A stretch of 64,000 nt of DNA from Balanoglossus misakiensis (GCA_040954595.2 JBECUI020000047.1:1-64000); one strand, 5' to 3'; shown: positions 21,660-35,949, counted from the stretch's first letter. Program-made: numbers and translations. The notes: generated by a model from the sequence alone, not told the origin.

Positions 21660-21839
21660 TAGAGAAAATGCTTTACCCCCCTTATCCTTATAATCTCTAT
21701 TTCGACATCCCAAAAACCTCCGTTTTATAAGCTTTTTTTTGGGGGGGGATTTGCTTCTTTCACAGTATTATACTTGAAACTTTTACCTTTCTGCATTAAA
21801 CTTCTTCGTTAGTACTTTATACTGCTTTGGAGGTTTATA

Positions 21840-24800
21840 ATGCGCTCAGTCATTATTGCTGTTGCTACAACTTTTCTTGTTGTAGCGTTTGCTTTTGTTA
21901 TTTCTTGTGGAGGTGTCGGTACTACAACTGCTCCTCTAGTAAATCCTGCGACTGATCTCTCAGTTTCCTTTTCGGCTGCTGATGAGATTGCTGTTTCATG
22001 GGCTGCACCCGATCAGGAAACATACACCTATACCGTTACCCTGCAGGATCCGGATGGCAACATTGTTGCAGAAGAACTGGCAGAGACCACTACTCATACG
22101 TTTACTGGACTCACTCTTTCGCCAAAAAACGGTCTACACCGTAGAGGTTACCGTACACAAAGGTGGGGGGAACTTCGGAAGTAATTACCCTTCCCACACC
22201 ACAAACAGGTGATGTCGTCTCTCTAGGAGTAGTGTTACGGATGTGCAAGTGCCACAAGCAGAAGAAAGAGGACTGACCGTTACCTGGACAGCTCCGACAA
22301 CAACAACACCAGTAGAACACCATCTCATTCGTTTGACACCAAAAGGTGGAACGGCACTGGAAGATATTATAGTACCTGGTGACGTAAACGAGTATGTCGT
22401 CACTGGCTTGGAGCCGGGAACAGAGTATACGGTGTCTGTCATAACCGTCTATACAGAAGGACAGAGCACCGCCATACAGACCGAGGTGCAAACAGGGATT
22501 GGAACCCTGCAAATTGATCATTTTGAAGCATCAGCAACAGCTATTGATATCTGGTGGCAAGACATTGCACCGCAGGAACTGACCTATAGCGTCTATTTTT
22601 CTTTGGATGAGGCAACGGTCAAAGATGAGGCAAACAAACAAGAAGGTGTAACATACGATGATGCCCAAAGTATGTGGAAACTCAGCCTAACCGGACTCAC
22701 TCCAGAGACTGTCTACCATGTATTTATTCAGGCAACAGGAGCAATTACTGCAGAAAAGTGTGGTGGAGCAAGTCACAACAGGGACATCGGGAGCAGCAGC
22801 ACCTCCGGCAGTTTCTGTAGATACAATCAGCAAAGATGAAACCGAGAAAGAGGTTGGTTCTTTGAAACTGAACTGGGGTCCTGTCCGAGGAAAGGATGCC
22901 GAGGGAAACTTTGTTGATAGTACCTACATGGTAGAGTATAGCCTTCCCCCAGAGACCAATTGGATCAGTGAAACCGTACTTGTACCCTCCATCACCCTTA
23001 CTGGGTTAGAGGAAGCAAGTGAGTATAATATTCGCATACAAGCAATCAGTACCTTTGACACAAACATGATGAGTGACTGGACCGAAGTTATCACTTTTTA
23101 CGAATGGCATTCGTCCATTAGCGATACACGATAGCAGTGGAGCAATTACTGAGTTAACCATATCAGCAGGAGAAAAAAAGCAGTTAAGCGTTCCTGCATC
23201 CCTCTGGATCAATGTGGATGATACGGCCGTAACATGGACAAGTAGTAGTGATGCAGTGGTAAGGGTCGTTGATGGAGAGGTAGAAGCAGTAACAGAAGGA
23301 ACAGCAAGCATAACCGCAACGGCTGTTGCAGATATTCAGAAAACAGTAACCATCGATGTTACGGTGCCCGGATTTGGTCTGATTGGTTCTGAAGTATCGG
23401 CAACGGGTATAAATCTGAACTGGAGTGCCGTCTCAACTGCATTGTTGACATACGAGGTCTATCTCTCGAATATCGAGAACGGTCTTGTTGAAGCGGGGAA
23501 TAAGCAGGACGTTCCGGTATTGGATGAGGTAACAAATCGATGGACACTGAGCATAATTGGACTATCTCCCGCAACGACCTACTATGTTGTTGTTCGTGCA
23601 ATAGGAGATGGGGGAGTCAGTGTAGAAACAAACACCACCACCATCACGACCGCCGAATCAGGAGCACGAGCACCGGCAGCAGTTGATGAACATAGCGTTA
23701 GCAAGGATGAAGCCGTAAAGGAGATTGGATCACTCAAACTGAACTGGGTTGCTGTCCAGGGAACCGATGTAAATGGAACCTTCGTTGACAGTACCTATAA
23801 TGTGGAGTATCGCCTCAGTAGCAGTACTGGAACATGGACGGGGGCATCGCCAAGCTCCAGTCCTACCATTACCCTCACCGGGTTAACGGGGGCAAGTGAA
23901 TACTATATTCGTATTCAGGCAGTCAATACTGCTGATTCAAACTTGTCCAGTGCCACAATAGAAGCAGGGCCATTTTTTGCGAACGGGATCCACGCATTAG
24001 ATATCCATGATGCTCAAGGTTATCACGTCACCGAATTGACTCTTACTGTTGGTGAGAGCCAAACGCTGAATGTCCCTGGAAGATACTGGGTCAATGTAGA
24101 GAATACCTCAGTAAGCTGGTTAAGTAGTGAAAATACCATTGTAGAAGTAACAGATGGAAGGGTTGAGGCAATAACAGATGGAAGTGCCACAATAACGGCA
24201 GCGGCAGAAGCAGACTTAACAATTCTGCATCGATAACGGTTACAGTTCCAGGATTAAGCAATGTGGTTCTGTATGGTGAGACTAGCCTTGCTACTACCTA
24301 TGGAGAAACAGTTTCGCTTGTTCCTGCACCAACTAATCTACCGGCAGTAGGATTGTCGTTGACCTACACAGGTACGGACACTGTCGCGGGCATTACCGTG
24401 GCAAACGATGGAACCATAACTATTGGTGACACCACATCGGCAGGGGATCATAACCTGACCATAACAGCGAGTGCCGATGGCTACACGAGTACGGCAAGTC
24501 ATCAGATAGCCATAACAGTCAATCCGAAGGCAACGGATGAGTATCTGGTCTATCCAGAAGGAGAATTTACTAGGGGAGAGGCATATACACCAACTAGATC
24601 TGCCCCACCGGAAGCTGGATTGAGTTATGCCATGAATCCAACTCCGACTGGATGGAGCATTGACACAACAAGTGGGACCATCTCTATAGCTTCAGATGCA
24701 CAAGCTGGGGTAGAACAAACGGTTACTGTAACGGCAAGTCCAAACAATCCTAACTATGCCCCTGGCAGTGTTGAGTTGTCTAAGACAATTGCCGACCTGA

Positions 24801-26452
24801 CGTCCTTTATAACACGATGGGAAACAACAGAAGCCAATCAAATGGTGGTGATTCCCGTGGGAGACGGTACAGCAAGCTATAATATAGACTGGGGCGATGG
24901 AACGGAAGAAACACATGCTGTCACAGCAAGTCATACCTATGGAGAAGCAGGAGAATACACCGTTACAATAAGTAATAGTTTCCAGCAGATACGGCTGGTA
25001 GAAACAACACAAGAAATAGCAGCACGCCTTAAGTCCATTGATCAGTGGGGCACCGCACAATGGATTAGTATGGAGGGGGCATTTGCCAATGCCAGCAACA
25101 TGACGATGGCAGCAACCGACATTCCTGATCTCTCAGGAGTAACCGAGATGTCTTCCATGTTTGCCTCTGCCATCAGCTTCAATGGAGCTATCGGTGGCTG
25201 GGACACGTCAAATGTAACCGATATGTCTTACATGTTTGCCTCTGCTAGCAGCTTCAATGGAGCTATCGGTGGCTGGAACACGTCCAAAGTAACCAATATG
25301 GCTGGCATGTTCTCTGGGACCAACGTCTTTGATCAGGACTTGAACAACTGGGACACTAGCGCGGTCACCGATATGTCTTACATGTTTGCCTCTGCCATCA
25401 GCTTCAATGGAGCTATCGGTGGCTGGGACACGTCAAATGTAACCAATATGAATGGCATGTTTGCCTCTGCTAGCAGCTTCAATGGAGCTATCGGTGGCTG
25501 GAACACGTCCAAAGTAACCAATATGGATAGTATGTTCTCTGGGAACCAACGTCTTTGATCAGGACTTGAACAACTGGGACACTAGCGCGGTCACCGATAT
25601 GTCTTACATGTTTGCCTCTGCCATCAGCTTCAATGGAGCTATCGGTGGCTGGGACACGTCAAATGTAACCAATATGAATGGCATGTTTGCCTCTGCTAGC
25701 AGCTTCAATGGAGCTATCGGTGGCTGGAACACGTCCAAAGTAACCAATATGGATAGCATGTTCTCTGGGACCAACGTCTTTGATCAGGACTTGAACAACT
25801 GGGACACCTAGCGCGGTCACCGATATGTCTTACATGTTTGCCTCTGCCATCAGCTTCAATGGAGCTATCGGTGGCTGGGACACCTCCAATGTAACCACTA
25901 TGCGTAACATGTTCTCTGGGGCAAGCGTCTTTGATCAGGACTTGAACAACTGGAGCACTAGCGCAGTCACCGATATGTATAGCATGTTCGCTGGGGCAAG
26001 TGCTTTTAATCAGGACTTGAGCAACTGGAACACCTCCAATGTAACCGATATGGTTTTCATGTTCCTTGGGCAATTACCTTTAATCAGGACTTGAGCAAGT
26101 GGAACATCTCCCAGGTAACCGATATGAATGCCATGTTCTTTGGGGCAAACGAATTCGTTCAAGACCTCGGTCCATGGTATATTACCTTACCGCAGACGAC
26201 CATCTCGGTAGGCACGCCATTAACCATTGCAGCACAGAATAACGTCCTTGAAGCACAACTGGCAATCCGAAGTACATTCTGCCGGTAGATAGTACAACCG
26301 ACAACGATAAGTTCAGCATTACCAGCGGAACAACCTTGAATGTCGAGAACAGTACTCTGTCTGGTTTCTATACGATAAAGATAGAAGCAGCAGATGCCGA
26401 TTTTAGTACACCACTGAACCCAACTGTGGAGTTTAATATAACGGTACCGTAG
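21840..26452 (+). CDS. Long-stalk lipoprotein F, near-copy of E with 14 DUF285 repeats; many 1-nt frameshifts (pseudogene or sequencing errors)
   Basis: Colinear with 16161..20246 through ORF pieces 21840-22184, 22243-22839, 22718-23134, 23073-24236, 24263-25558, 25566-25811, 25825-26094 and 26091-26288; conserved ...ITVP-TAG at 26450-26452. Confidence 0.75.
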
Positions 26453-26461
26453 CCATTTCCG

Positions 26462-26497
26462 AAAAACAGCGGGGCTTTAGTGCTCCGCTGTTTTTTT
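26462..26497 (+). terminator. Intrinsic terminator
   Basis: Same hairpin followed by T7. Confidence 0.8.
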
Positions 26498-26779
26498 GAC
26501 TATAGTTTTACCCCCTCCACAGCCCCCCCATTGTTGTATCAATAACCCCTGCGCAATCTATCTGATTTGATAGAAACTTTGCCCTTTGAGCATTATCTTT
26601 TTAAGGCTCTTGGGCTGATAGGGGACTCTGTCTCGGGTTACAAAGATGTGGCCGCTCTGCTTGCTTATAGCCAAAGCAGCCAAACGGGCAGCTATGCCAC
26701 CGGGATTGTCTCTGGGGGGGGTAGTTTACAAGGTACCATAACCAACAGCTACCGCTACGACAAGCAGATCATCCCCTGA

Positions 26780-27870
26780 GCAATACTAACTATGCAGGGG
26801 GGAGTGTTGCATTGACTAAGTCTGTTGCCGCCCCGTCGTCCTTTGTAACACTACCTGGGAAACAACAGCAGCCAATCAAAGCGTGGTGATTCCCGTGGGA
26901 AGCCGTACAGCAAGTTATGATATAGACTGGGGCGATGGAACGGTAGAAACACTTTCTCCACAGCAAGCCATACCTATGCAGCAGCAGGGGAATACACAGT
27001 TACGATAAGTAATAGTTTCCACTAGATACGGCTGACAGATACAACAGCAGAAATAGCAGCACGCCTTAAGTCCATTGATCAGTGGGGCACAGCACAATGG
27101 ATTAGTATGGGGGGGCATTTGCCAATGCCAGCAACATGACGATGGCAGCAACCGACATTCCTGATCTCTCAGGAGTAGCCGATATGGGTTCCATGTTTGC
27201 CTCTGCAAGCAGCTTCAATGGAGCTGTCGGTGGCTGGGATACGTCAAATGTAACTGATATGGGTAGCATGTTCTCTGGGGCAAGTGCCTTCAATGGAGCA
27301 CTTAGTGGTTGGGATACGTCAGTGGAATAAACCATATAGGGGATTAGTAGAAGTATTTGGGCTTGGAGTGTTTTTGGATATAGTACTGCCACGATCGAAG
27401 CGAGAAGCGCAGATATATCCTATTCTGCCTATGGTGGGTTAGTCGGGAAGTTGGAGGATGCCAGAGTACTAACTTTCCTTTATTACACGAACAGGATTGC
27501 AACAAGCAGACATTGGAGGATTAACGGGTGATATATTTAATGCAAACAGACAAGAACTATATGGGTATTATAGTGCCGGTAACTACTGGATTATCCGCCG
27601 ACCAGGCCTACTATGAACTGGAAAGACGAGGATGGGCACTCCCGACAATATCCTGTACACCTATTGGGACGACGATGGCGATTCTACTACCACAACTGCT
27701 GGTACGGAACTGTTTGCGAATACATGTGGGTTTACCATTCATCAAAACTCAGGCGGAACTGCGACCATTTTGGAGACTGGGTCTGGTTGGGAAACGGCAA
27801 AGCACCAAGACTCTGGGATACGGATGAGAAACGCTACCTTGGCGATCAGCCCATACACAAGGAAGAATAG
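26780..27870 (+). pseudogene. Second copy of the chimeric DUF285/GLUG relic
   Basis: Near-identical to 20570..21659. Confidence 0.75.
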
Positions 27871-28052
27871 TAGAGAAAATGCTTTACCCCCCCTTATCCT
27901 TATAATCTCTATTTCGACATCCCAAAAACCTCCGTTTTATAAGCTTTTTCTTGGGGGGGGGATTTGCTTCTTTCACAGTATTATACTTGAAACTTTTACC
28001 TTTCTGCATTAAACTTCTTCGTTAGTATTTTATACTGCTTTGGAGGGTTATA

Positions 28053-31000
28053 ATGCGCTCAGTCATTATTGCTGTTGCTACAACTTTTCTTGTTGTAGCG
28101 TTTGCTTTTGTTATTTCTTGTGGAGGTGTCGGTACTACAACTGCTCCTCTAGTAAATCCTGCGACTGATCTCTCAGTTTCCTTTTCGGCTGCTGATGAGA
28201 TTGCTGTTTCATGGGCTGCACCCGATCAGGAAACATACACCTATACCGTTACCCTGCAGGATCCGGATGGCAACATTGTTGCAGAAGAACTGGCAGAGAC
28301 CACTACTCATACGTTTACTGGACTCACTCTTTCGCCAAAAACGGTCTACACCGTAGAGGTTACCGTACACAAAGGTGGGGGAACTTCGGAAGTAATTACC
28401 CTTCCCACACCACAAACAGGTGATGTCGTCTCTCTAGGAAGTAGTGTTACGGATGTGCAAGTGCCACAAGCAGAAGAAAGAGGACTGACCGTTACCTGGA
28501 CAGCTCCGACAACAACAACACCAGTAGAACACCATCTCATTCGTTTGACACCAAAAGGTGGAACGGCACTGGAAGATATTATAGTACCTGGTGACGTAAA
28601 CGAGTATGTCGTCACTGGCTTGGAGCCGGGAACAGAGTATACGGTGTCTGTCATAACCGTCTATACAGAAGGACAGAGCACCGCCATACAGACCGAGGTG
28701 CAAACAGGGATTGGGACCCTGCAAATTGATCATTTTGAAGCATCAGCAACAGCTATTGATATCTGGTGGCAAGACATTGCACCGCAGGAACTGACCTATA
28801 GCGTCTATTTTTCTTTGGATGAGGCAACGGTCAAAGATGAGGCAAACAAACAAGAAGGTGTAACATACGATGATGCCCAAAGTATGTGGAAACTCAGCCT
28901 AACCGGACTCACTCCAGAGACTGTCTACCATGTATTTATTCAGGCAACAGGAGCAATTACTGCAGAAAGTGTGGTGGAGCAAGTCACAACAGGGACATCG
29001 GGAGCAGCAGCACCTCCGGCAGTTTCTGTAGATACAATCAGCAAAGATGAAACCGAGAAAGAGGTTGGTTCTTTGAAACTGAACTGGGGTCCTGTCCGAG
29101 GAAAGGATGCCGAGGGAAACTTTGTTGATAGTACCTACATGGTAGAGTATAGCCTTCCCCCAGAGACCAATTGGATCAGTGAAACCGTACTTGTACCCTC
29201 CATCACCCTTACTGGGTTAGAGGAAGCAAGTGAGTATAATATTCGCATACAAGCAATCAGTACCTTTGACACAAACATGATGAGTGACTGGACCGAAGTA
29301 TCACTTTTTACGAATGGCATTCGTCCATTAGCGATACACGATAGCAGTGGAGCAATTACTGAGTTAACCATATCAGCAGGAGAAAAAAAGCAGTTAAGCG
29401 TTCCTGCATCCCTCTGGATCAATGTGGATGATACGGGCCGTAACATGGACAAGTAGTAGTGATGCAGTGGTAAGGGTCGTTGATGGAGAGGTAGAAGCAG
29501 TAACAGAAGGAACAGCAAGCATAACCGCAACGGCTGTTGCAGATATTCAGAAAACAGTAACCATCGATGTTACGGTGCCCGGATTTGGTCTGATTGGATC
29601 TGAAGTATCGGCAACGGGTATAAATCTGAACTGGAGTGCCGTCTCAACTGCATTGTTGACATACGAGGTCTATCTCTCGAAATAACGAGAACGGTCTTGT
29701 TGAAGCGGGGAATAAGCAGGACGTTCCGGTATTGGATGAGGTAACAAATCGATGGACACTGAGCATAATTGGACTACATCCCGAAACGACCTACTATGTT
29801 GTTGTTCGTGCAATAGGAGATGGGGGAGTCAGTGTAGAAACAAACACCACCACCATCACGACCGCCCAATCAGGAGCACGAGCACCGGCAGCAGTTGATG
29901 AACATAGCGTTAGCAAGGATGAAGCCGTAAAGGAGATTGGATCACTCAAACTGAACTGGATTGCTGTCCAGGGAACCGATGTAAATGGAAACTTCGTTGA
30001 CAGTACCTATAATGTGGAGTATCGCCTCAGTAGCAGTACTGGATCATGGACGGGGGCATCGCCAAGCTCCAGTCCTACCATTACCCTCACCGGGTTAACG
30101 GGGGCAAGTGAATACTATATTCGTATTCAGGCAGTCAATACTGCTGATTCAAACTTGTCCAGTGCCACAATAGAAGCAGGGCCATTTTTTGCGAACGGGA
30201 TCCACGCATTAGATATCCATGATGCTCAAGGTTACCACGTCACCGAATTGACTCTTACTGTTGGTGAGAGCCAAACGCTGAATGTCCCTGGAAGATACTG
30301 GGTCAATGTAGAGAATACCTCAGTAAGCTGGGTAAGTAGTGACAATACCATTGTAGAAGTAACAGATGGAAGGGTTGAGGCAATAACAGATGGAAGTGCC
30401 ACAATAACGGCAGCGGCAGAAGCAGACTTAACCAATTCTACATCGATAACGGTTACAGTTCCAGGATTAAGCAATGTGGTTCTGTATGGTGAGACTAGCC
30501 TTACTACTACCTATGGAGAAACAGTTTCGCTTGTTCCTGCACCAACTAATCTACCGGCAGCAGGATTGTCGTTGACCTACACAGGTACGGACACTGTCGC
30601 GGGCATTACCGTGGCAAACGATGGAACCATAACTATTGGTGACACCACATCGGCAGGGGATCATAACCTGACCATAACAGCGAGTGCCGATGGCTACACG
30701 AGTACGGCAAGTCATCAGATAGCCATAACAGTCAATCCGAAGGCAACAGAAGAGTATCTGGTCTATGCGGAAGGAGATTTTACCAGAGGAGTAAGCTATG
30801 CACCAGCTACAGCTGCCCCACCGGAAGCTGGATTGAGTTATGCCATGAATCCAACTCCGACTGGATGGAGCATTGACACAACAAGTGGGACCATCTCTAT
30901 AGCTTCAGATGCACAAGCTGGGGTAGAACAAACGGTTACTGTAACGGCAAGTCCAAGCAATCCTAACTATGCCCCTGGCAGTGTTGAGTTGTCTAAGACA

Positions 31001-32299
31001 ATTGCCGACCTGACGTCCTTTATAACACGATGGGAAACAACAGAAGCCAATCAAAGCGTGGAGATTCCCGTGGGAAGCAGTACAGCAAGCTATGATATAG
31101 ACTGGGGTGATGGAACGGTAGAAACACTTTCTGCCACAGCAAGTCATGTCTATGCAGAAGCAGGAGAATACACAGTTACAATAAGTAATAGTTTCCAGCA
31201 GATACGGCTGCTAGATACAACAGCAGAAATAGCAGCACGCCTTAAGTCCATTGATCAGTGGGGCACAGCACAATGGATTAGTATGGGGGGGGCATTTGCC
31301 AATGCCAGCAACATGACGATGGCAGCAACCGACATTCCTGATCTCTCAGGAGTAGCCGATATGAGTTACATGTTTTTCTCGTACATTTTGACAAGTGCCT
31401 TCAATGGAGATATCGATAGCTGGGACACCTCCAATGTAACGAATATGGATCGCATGTTCTCTGGGGCAGCTAACTTTAATCGGGACTTAAACAACTGGGA
31501 CACCTCCAAGGTAACGACTATGGCTCGCATGTTTTCCGGCGCAACCGCCTTCAATGGGAATATCAAAGACTGGAATACGTCAAGTGTAACCACTATGCAT
31601 TACATGTTTAGCTTTGCAAGTGCCTTCAATGGAGATATCAGTGGCTGGGAGACGTCAAATGTAACCGATATGGCAGGTATGTTCCAGAGTACAGTCTACT
31701 TTAATGCAGATATCCGTCACTGGAAGGTTGGCGAGGTAACAGATATGAGAGATATGTTCCAAGCTGCAGTTGCTTTTAATAGGCTTATCGGTGACTGGGA
31801 TACGTCAAGTGTAACAGATATGAGAGGTATGTTCCGTTCCGCAAGTGTTTTTAATAGGGATATCGGTCGCTGGGATACGTCAAGTGTAACAGATATGAGA
31901 GATATGTTCCATCACGCAGGTAGCTTTAATGCAGATATCAGTAACTGGAACATCACCAAGGTAACCAATATGACTGACATGTTCGTTGAGGCAAGGAGAT
32001 TCACTCAAAACCTCGGCCCATGGTATATTACCTTACCGCAGACCACCATCTCGGTAGACACGCCATTAACCATTGCAGCAAAGAATAACGTCCTTGCAGG
32101 ACAGCTGGAAAATCCACAGTACAGTCTGCCGACCGATGCCACGACCGACAACGATAAGTTCAGCATTACCAACGGAACAACCTTGAATGTCAATAATGGT
32201 ACTGATCCCGGCGACTATACCATAAGCATACAAACAACAAGTGCCGATTTTAGCACACCACAGAGTCCGATTGTGCAGTTTATGATAACGGTACAGTAG
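28053..32299 (+). CDS. Chimeric lipoprotein G: long E-type stalk + SSR-class DUF285 head (9 repeats); two +1 frameshifts
   Basis: ORFs 28053-29456, 29422-29685 and 29732-32299; extra bases at ~29435 and ~29680; head and tail (…[13 protein letters not shown]) are like H-L and P. Confidence 0.8.
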
Positions 32300-32308
32300 C
32301 CATTTCCG

Positions 32309-32344
32309 AACAACAGCGGTGCTTTAGAGTTCCGCTGTTGTTTT
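32309..32344 (+). terminator. Terminator hairpin variant
   Basis: AACAACAGCGG-TGCTTTAGAGTT-CCGCTGTTGTTTT. Confidence 0.65.
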
Positions 32345-32744
32345 GACTATAGTTTTACCCCTCCACAGCTCCCCCTTTGTGGTATCAATAACTCCTGCGC
32401 AATCTATCTGATTTGATAGAAACTTTGCCCTTTGAGCATTATCTTTTTAAGGCTCTTGGGCTGATAGGGGACTCTGTCTCGGGTTACCAAGATGTGGCTG
32501 CTCTGCTTGCTTATAGCCAAAGCAGCCAAACGGGCAGCTATGCCACCGGGAGTTGGGTAGTTTACAAGGTACCATAACCAACAGCTACCGCTACGACAAG
32601 CAGATCATCCCCTGACAACATCACCCCCAAGACCTCTGGCAGCGCCGTAATTCTGAAGCAACTCACCCCCAACCCGGTACACCTCCACCGAAACTGGCAA
32701 TCCAGGCTGGACCTCCGATAACTGGATCATCGCTGGCCAGGTAA

Positions 32745-33080
32745 ATGCCCCCCCGGCCAGCCCGACATCAATAACCTCCCTAGCAAGCCCCCAAGGCCCT
32801 CACTCCTGGCAGCCCCCCCCACTCCTGGCAAGCCCCCCACTCCTGGCAAGCCCCCCACTCCCGGCAAGCCCCCCACTCCCGGCAAGCCCCCCACTCCCGG
32901 CAAGCCCCCCACTCCTGGCAGCCTCCCCCAAGGCCCCCACTCCCGGCAGCCCCCCCCCAAGGCTCCCCATTCCTGGCACCCCCCCCAAGGCCCCCCACTC
33001 CTGGCGGGCCTTGGGGGCTGCCGCAAAAAGATCAATATGTCTCACCTCACCCCCCCAGACCGGACCACCCCCACTCCAAA
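32745..33080. repeat. C-rich repeat block with tandem ~20-bp CCCCCACTCC(T/C)GGCAAG units
   Basis: About six consecutive units at ~32800-32920. Confidence 0.8.
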
Positions 33081-33200
33081 CCAATAAAACAGAAAATAAT
33101 CTTAAAAAACTTGGTTATTCTTCTAAAACGTAATAAGCTTTTATACCGTAGTGTCCTTATAGCTTCTTAATCAAAAAGTCTTGTACTTATAAGAAAAGAC

Positions 33201-33258
33201 TTGACAAAAAGTGTCACTACGAGTAGGATAGACCAAACAAAACCAAATTTTTAAGGAG
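33201..33258 (+). promoter_or_regulatory. sigma70-type promoter plus RBS
   Basis: TTGACA 33201-33206, 17 bp, TAGGAT 33224-33229; AAGGAG before ATG 33268. Confidence 0.7.
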
Positions 33259-33267
33259 ATCCAGCCT

Positions 33268-35904
33268 ATGAATTCATTTATCAACTCACTCACTCACTCA
33301 CTCACTCACTCACTCACTCACTCACTCACTCACTCACGCGTTAGGACATCATAGGAATACCCTAGCTGAAGCTAAAAAACCTCTTCTTTTTCCCCTCGCC
33401 TTTCTTCTTGTTGTATTTGCCTTGTTATTTTCTTGTGGTGGTTCTGGTACCACGGCCGCTCCACAGGAAGAGGCACCACCAGCCATTGATGTCCAGACAA
33501 TCGCCAAGGATGAAACCGAGCAAGGACTCGGTTCTCTGAAGCTCACCTGGGTTGCTGTCCAAGGAAAGAATGCCGAGGGAAACTTGATTGATAGTACCTA
33601 CTTGGTAGAGTATCGCCTTTCTACAGAGAGCAATTGGACAAAGTTGGAAGCCGTAGATCAGCCCACCCTTACACTCACTGGCCTGGAGGCAGGAATGGAG
33701 TATTCTATTCGCATACAAGCCATCAGCACCTTTGACGCCAACATGGTCAGTGACTGGACAGAGGCAGGGCCATTTGCTGCAAATGGAATTAGGCCCTTAG
33801 AAATCCATGATACTAGTGGAGCCATCAGCGAACTGACTCTTGCAATCGGAGAGACCCGGACGCTGAGTGTCCCAGAAAGCTTCTGGGTCAACGTAGAGGA
33901 TACCTCAGTAAGCTGGGCAAGTAGTGATAACACCACTGTAGAAGTAACAGATGGCATGGTTGAGGCAATAACAGAGGGAAGTGCCGCAATAACGGCAACA
34001 TCAGGAGCAGACCCGACCAATGCGGCATCGATAACGGTGAATGTTCCAAGTTTAAGCAATGTGGTTCTGTATGATGAGGATAGCCTTACTATTCCCTATG
34101 GAGAAAGCGATCCCCTTATCCTCACACCGAGTGATCTACTCTTACCAGGATTGTCTTTAACCTACACAAGTTCGGGCACTGTCTCGGGCATTACCGTGGG
34201 AACCGATGGAACCATAACTATTGATAACACAACATTAGTAGGCACGTATACCCTGGACATAACAGCAAGTGCGGATGGCTACACGAATACGGCAAGCCAT
34301 CAGATAGCCATAACGATCAGTCAGAGGGCAACAGAAGAGTATATGGTCTATGCAGAAGGAGATTTTATCAGAGGAAAGGCATATGCACCAGCTACAGCTG
34401 CCCACAGGGAGCTGGAGTGAGTTATGCCATGAATCCAACTCCGACTGGATGGAGCATTGACGCAACAAGTGGGACAATCTCTATAGCTTCAGATGCACCA
34501 GCTGGGGTAGAACAAACAGTTACTGTAACGGCAAGTCCAATCAATACGAACTATGCCTCTGGCAGTGTAGAATTGACTAAGTCTGTTGTCGACCCGTTTA
34601 GTGCTGGTCCCGACTCGTCGTTCTTTATAACACGATGGGAAACAACAGATGTAAATCAAACAGTGGAGATTCCCGTGGGAGGCAGAACAGCAAGCTATGA
34701 TATAGACTGGGGCGATGGAACGGCAGAAAGACTTTCCGGCACAGCAAGCCATGTCTATGCAGCTGCGGGCGAATATACGGTCAGGATAACCGATAGTTTC
34801 CAGCGAATACGGTTGCTAGATACAACAGCAGAAATAGCAGCACGCCTTAAGTCCATTGATCAGTGGGGCACAGCACAATGGATTAGTATGGGGGGGGCAT
34901 TTGCCAATGCCAGCAACATGACGATGGCAGCAACCGACATTCCTGATCTCTCAAGAGTAGCCGATATGAGTGCCATGTTTGCCTCGTACAGTGGGGCAAG
35001 TGCCTTCAATGGAGATATCGATAGCTGGGACACGTCAAATGTAACTAATATGATTGACATGTTCTATAGGGCAGTTAACTTTAATCGGGACTTAAACAAC
35101 TGGGAGACCTCCAAAGTAACGACTATGGTTCGCATGTTCTCTGGGGCAGCTAACTTTAATCGGGACTTAAACAACTGGGACACCTCCAAGGTAACGACTA
35201 TGGCTAGCATGTTTTTCGGCGCAACCGCCTTCAATGGAGATATCAGTGGCTGGGACACGTCAAATGTAACCAATATGAGAGGTATGTTCCTGAGTGCAGG
35301 CTCCTTTAATGCAGATATCAGTAACTGGAAGGTTGGCGATGTAACAGATATGGGAGGGATGTTCCAATCTGCAGTTGCTTTTAATAGGGATATCGGTGAC
35401 TGGGATACGTCAAGTGTAACAGATATGGAAGAGATGTTCCGTTCCGCAACTGCTTTTAATAGGGATATCGGTCGCTGGGATACGTCAAATGTAACCTATA
35501 CGAGAGATATGTTCCGTCACGCATGGGCCTTTAATGCAGATATCAGTAACTGGAACGTTGGCAAGGTAACCAATATGACTGACATGTTCTTTGATGCAAT
35601 CAGATTCGCTCAAGACCTTGGCCCATGGTATATTACCTTACCGCAGACCACCATCTCGGTAGACACGCAATTAACCATTGCAGCAAAGAATAACGTCCTT
35701 GCAGGACAGCTGGAAAATCCACAGTACAGTCTGCCGACCGATGCCACGATCGACAACGATAAGTTCAGCATTACCGACGGAACGACCTTGAAAGTCAATA
35801 ATGGTATTAATCCCGGCAACTATACTATAAGCATACAAACAACAAGTGCCGATTTTAGCACACCACAGAGTCCGATTGTGCAGTTTATGATAACGGTACA
35901 GTAG
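33268..35904 (+). CDS. SSR-class phase-variable lipoprotein H (FN3, Big_2, PKD-like, 9 DUF285 repeats)
   Basis: True start inferred at ATG 33268; ORFs 33422-34420 and 34417-35904 with a -1 indel at ~34402. Confidence 0.85.
33284..33335 (+). repeat. (ACTC)13 SSR, OFF
   Basis: 52 nt; this frame reads CGC GTT AGG ACA TCA TAG after the tract. Confidence 0.95.
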
Positions 35905-35913
35905 CCATTTCCG

Positions 35914-35949
35914 AACAACAGCGGTGCCTTAGAGTTCCGCTGTTGTTTT
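35914..35949 (+). terminator. Terminator hairpin variant
   Basis: Same conserved hairpin after the stop codon. Confidence 0.65.

Noticed and set aside
32745-33080. C-rich ~20-bp repeats as a CRISPR array
   Set aside because: Units are directly tandem or separated by related sequence, with no unique constant-length spacers and no cas genes in the window.
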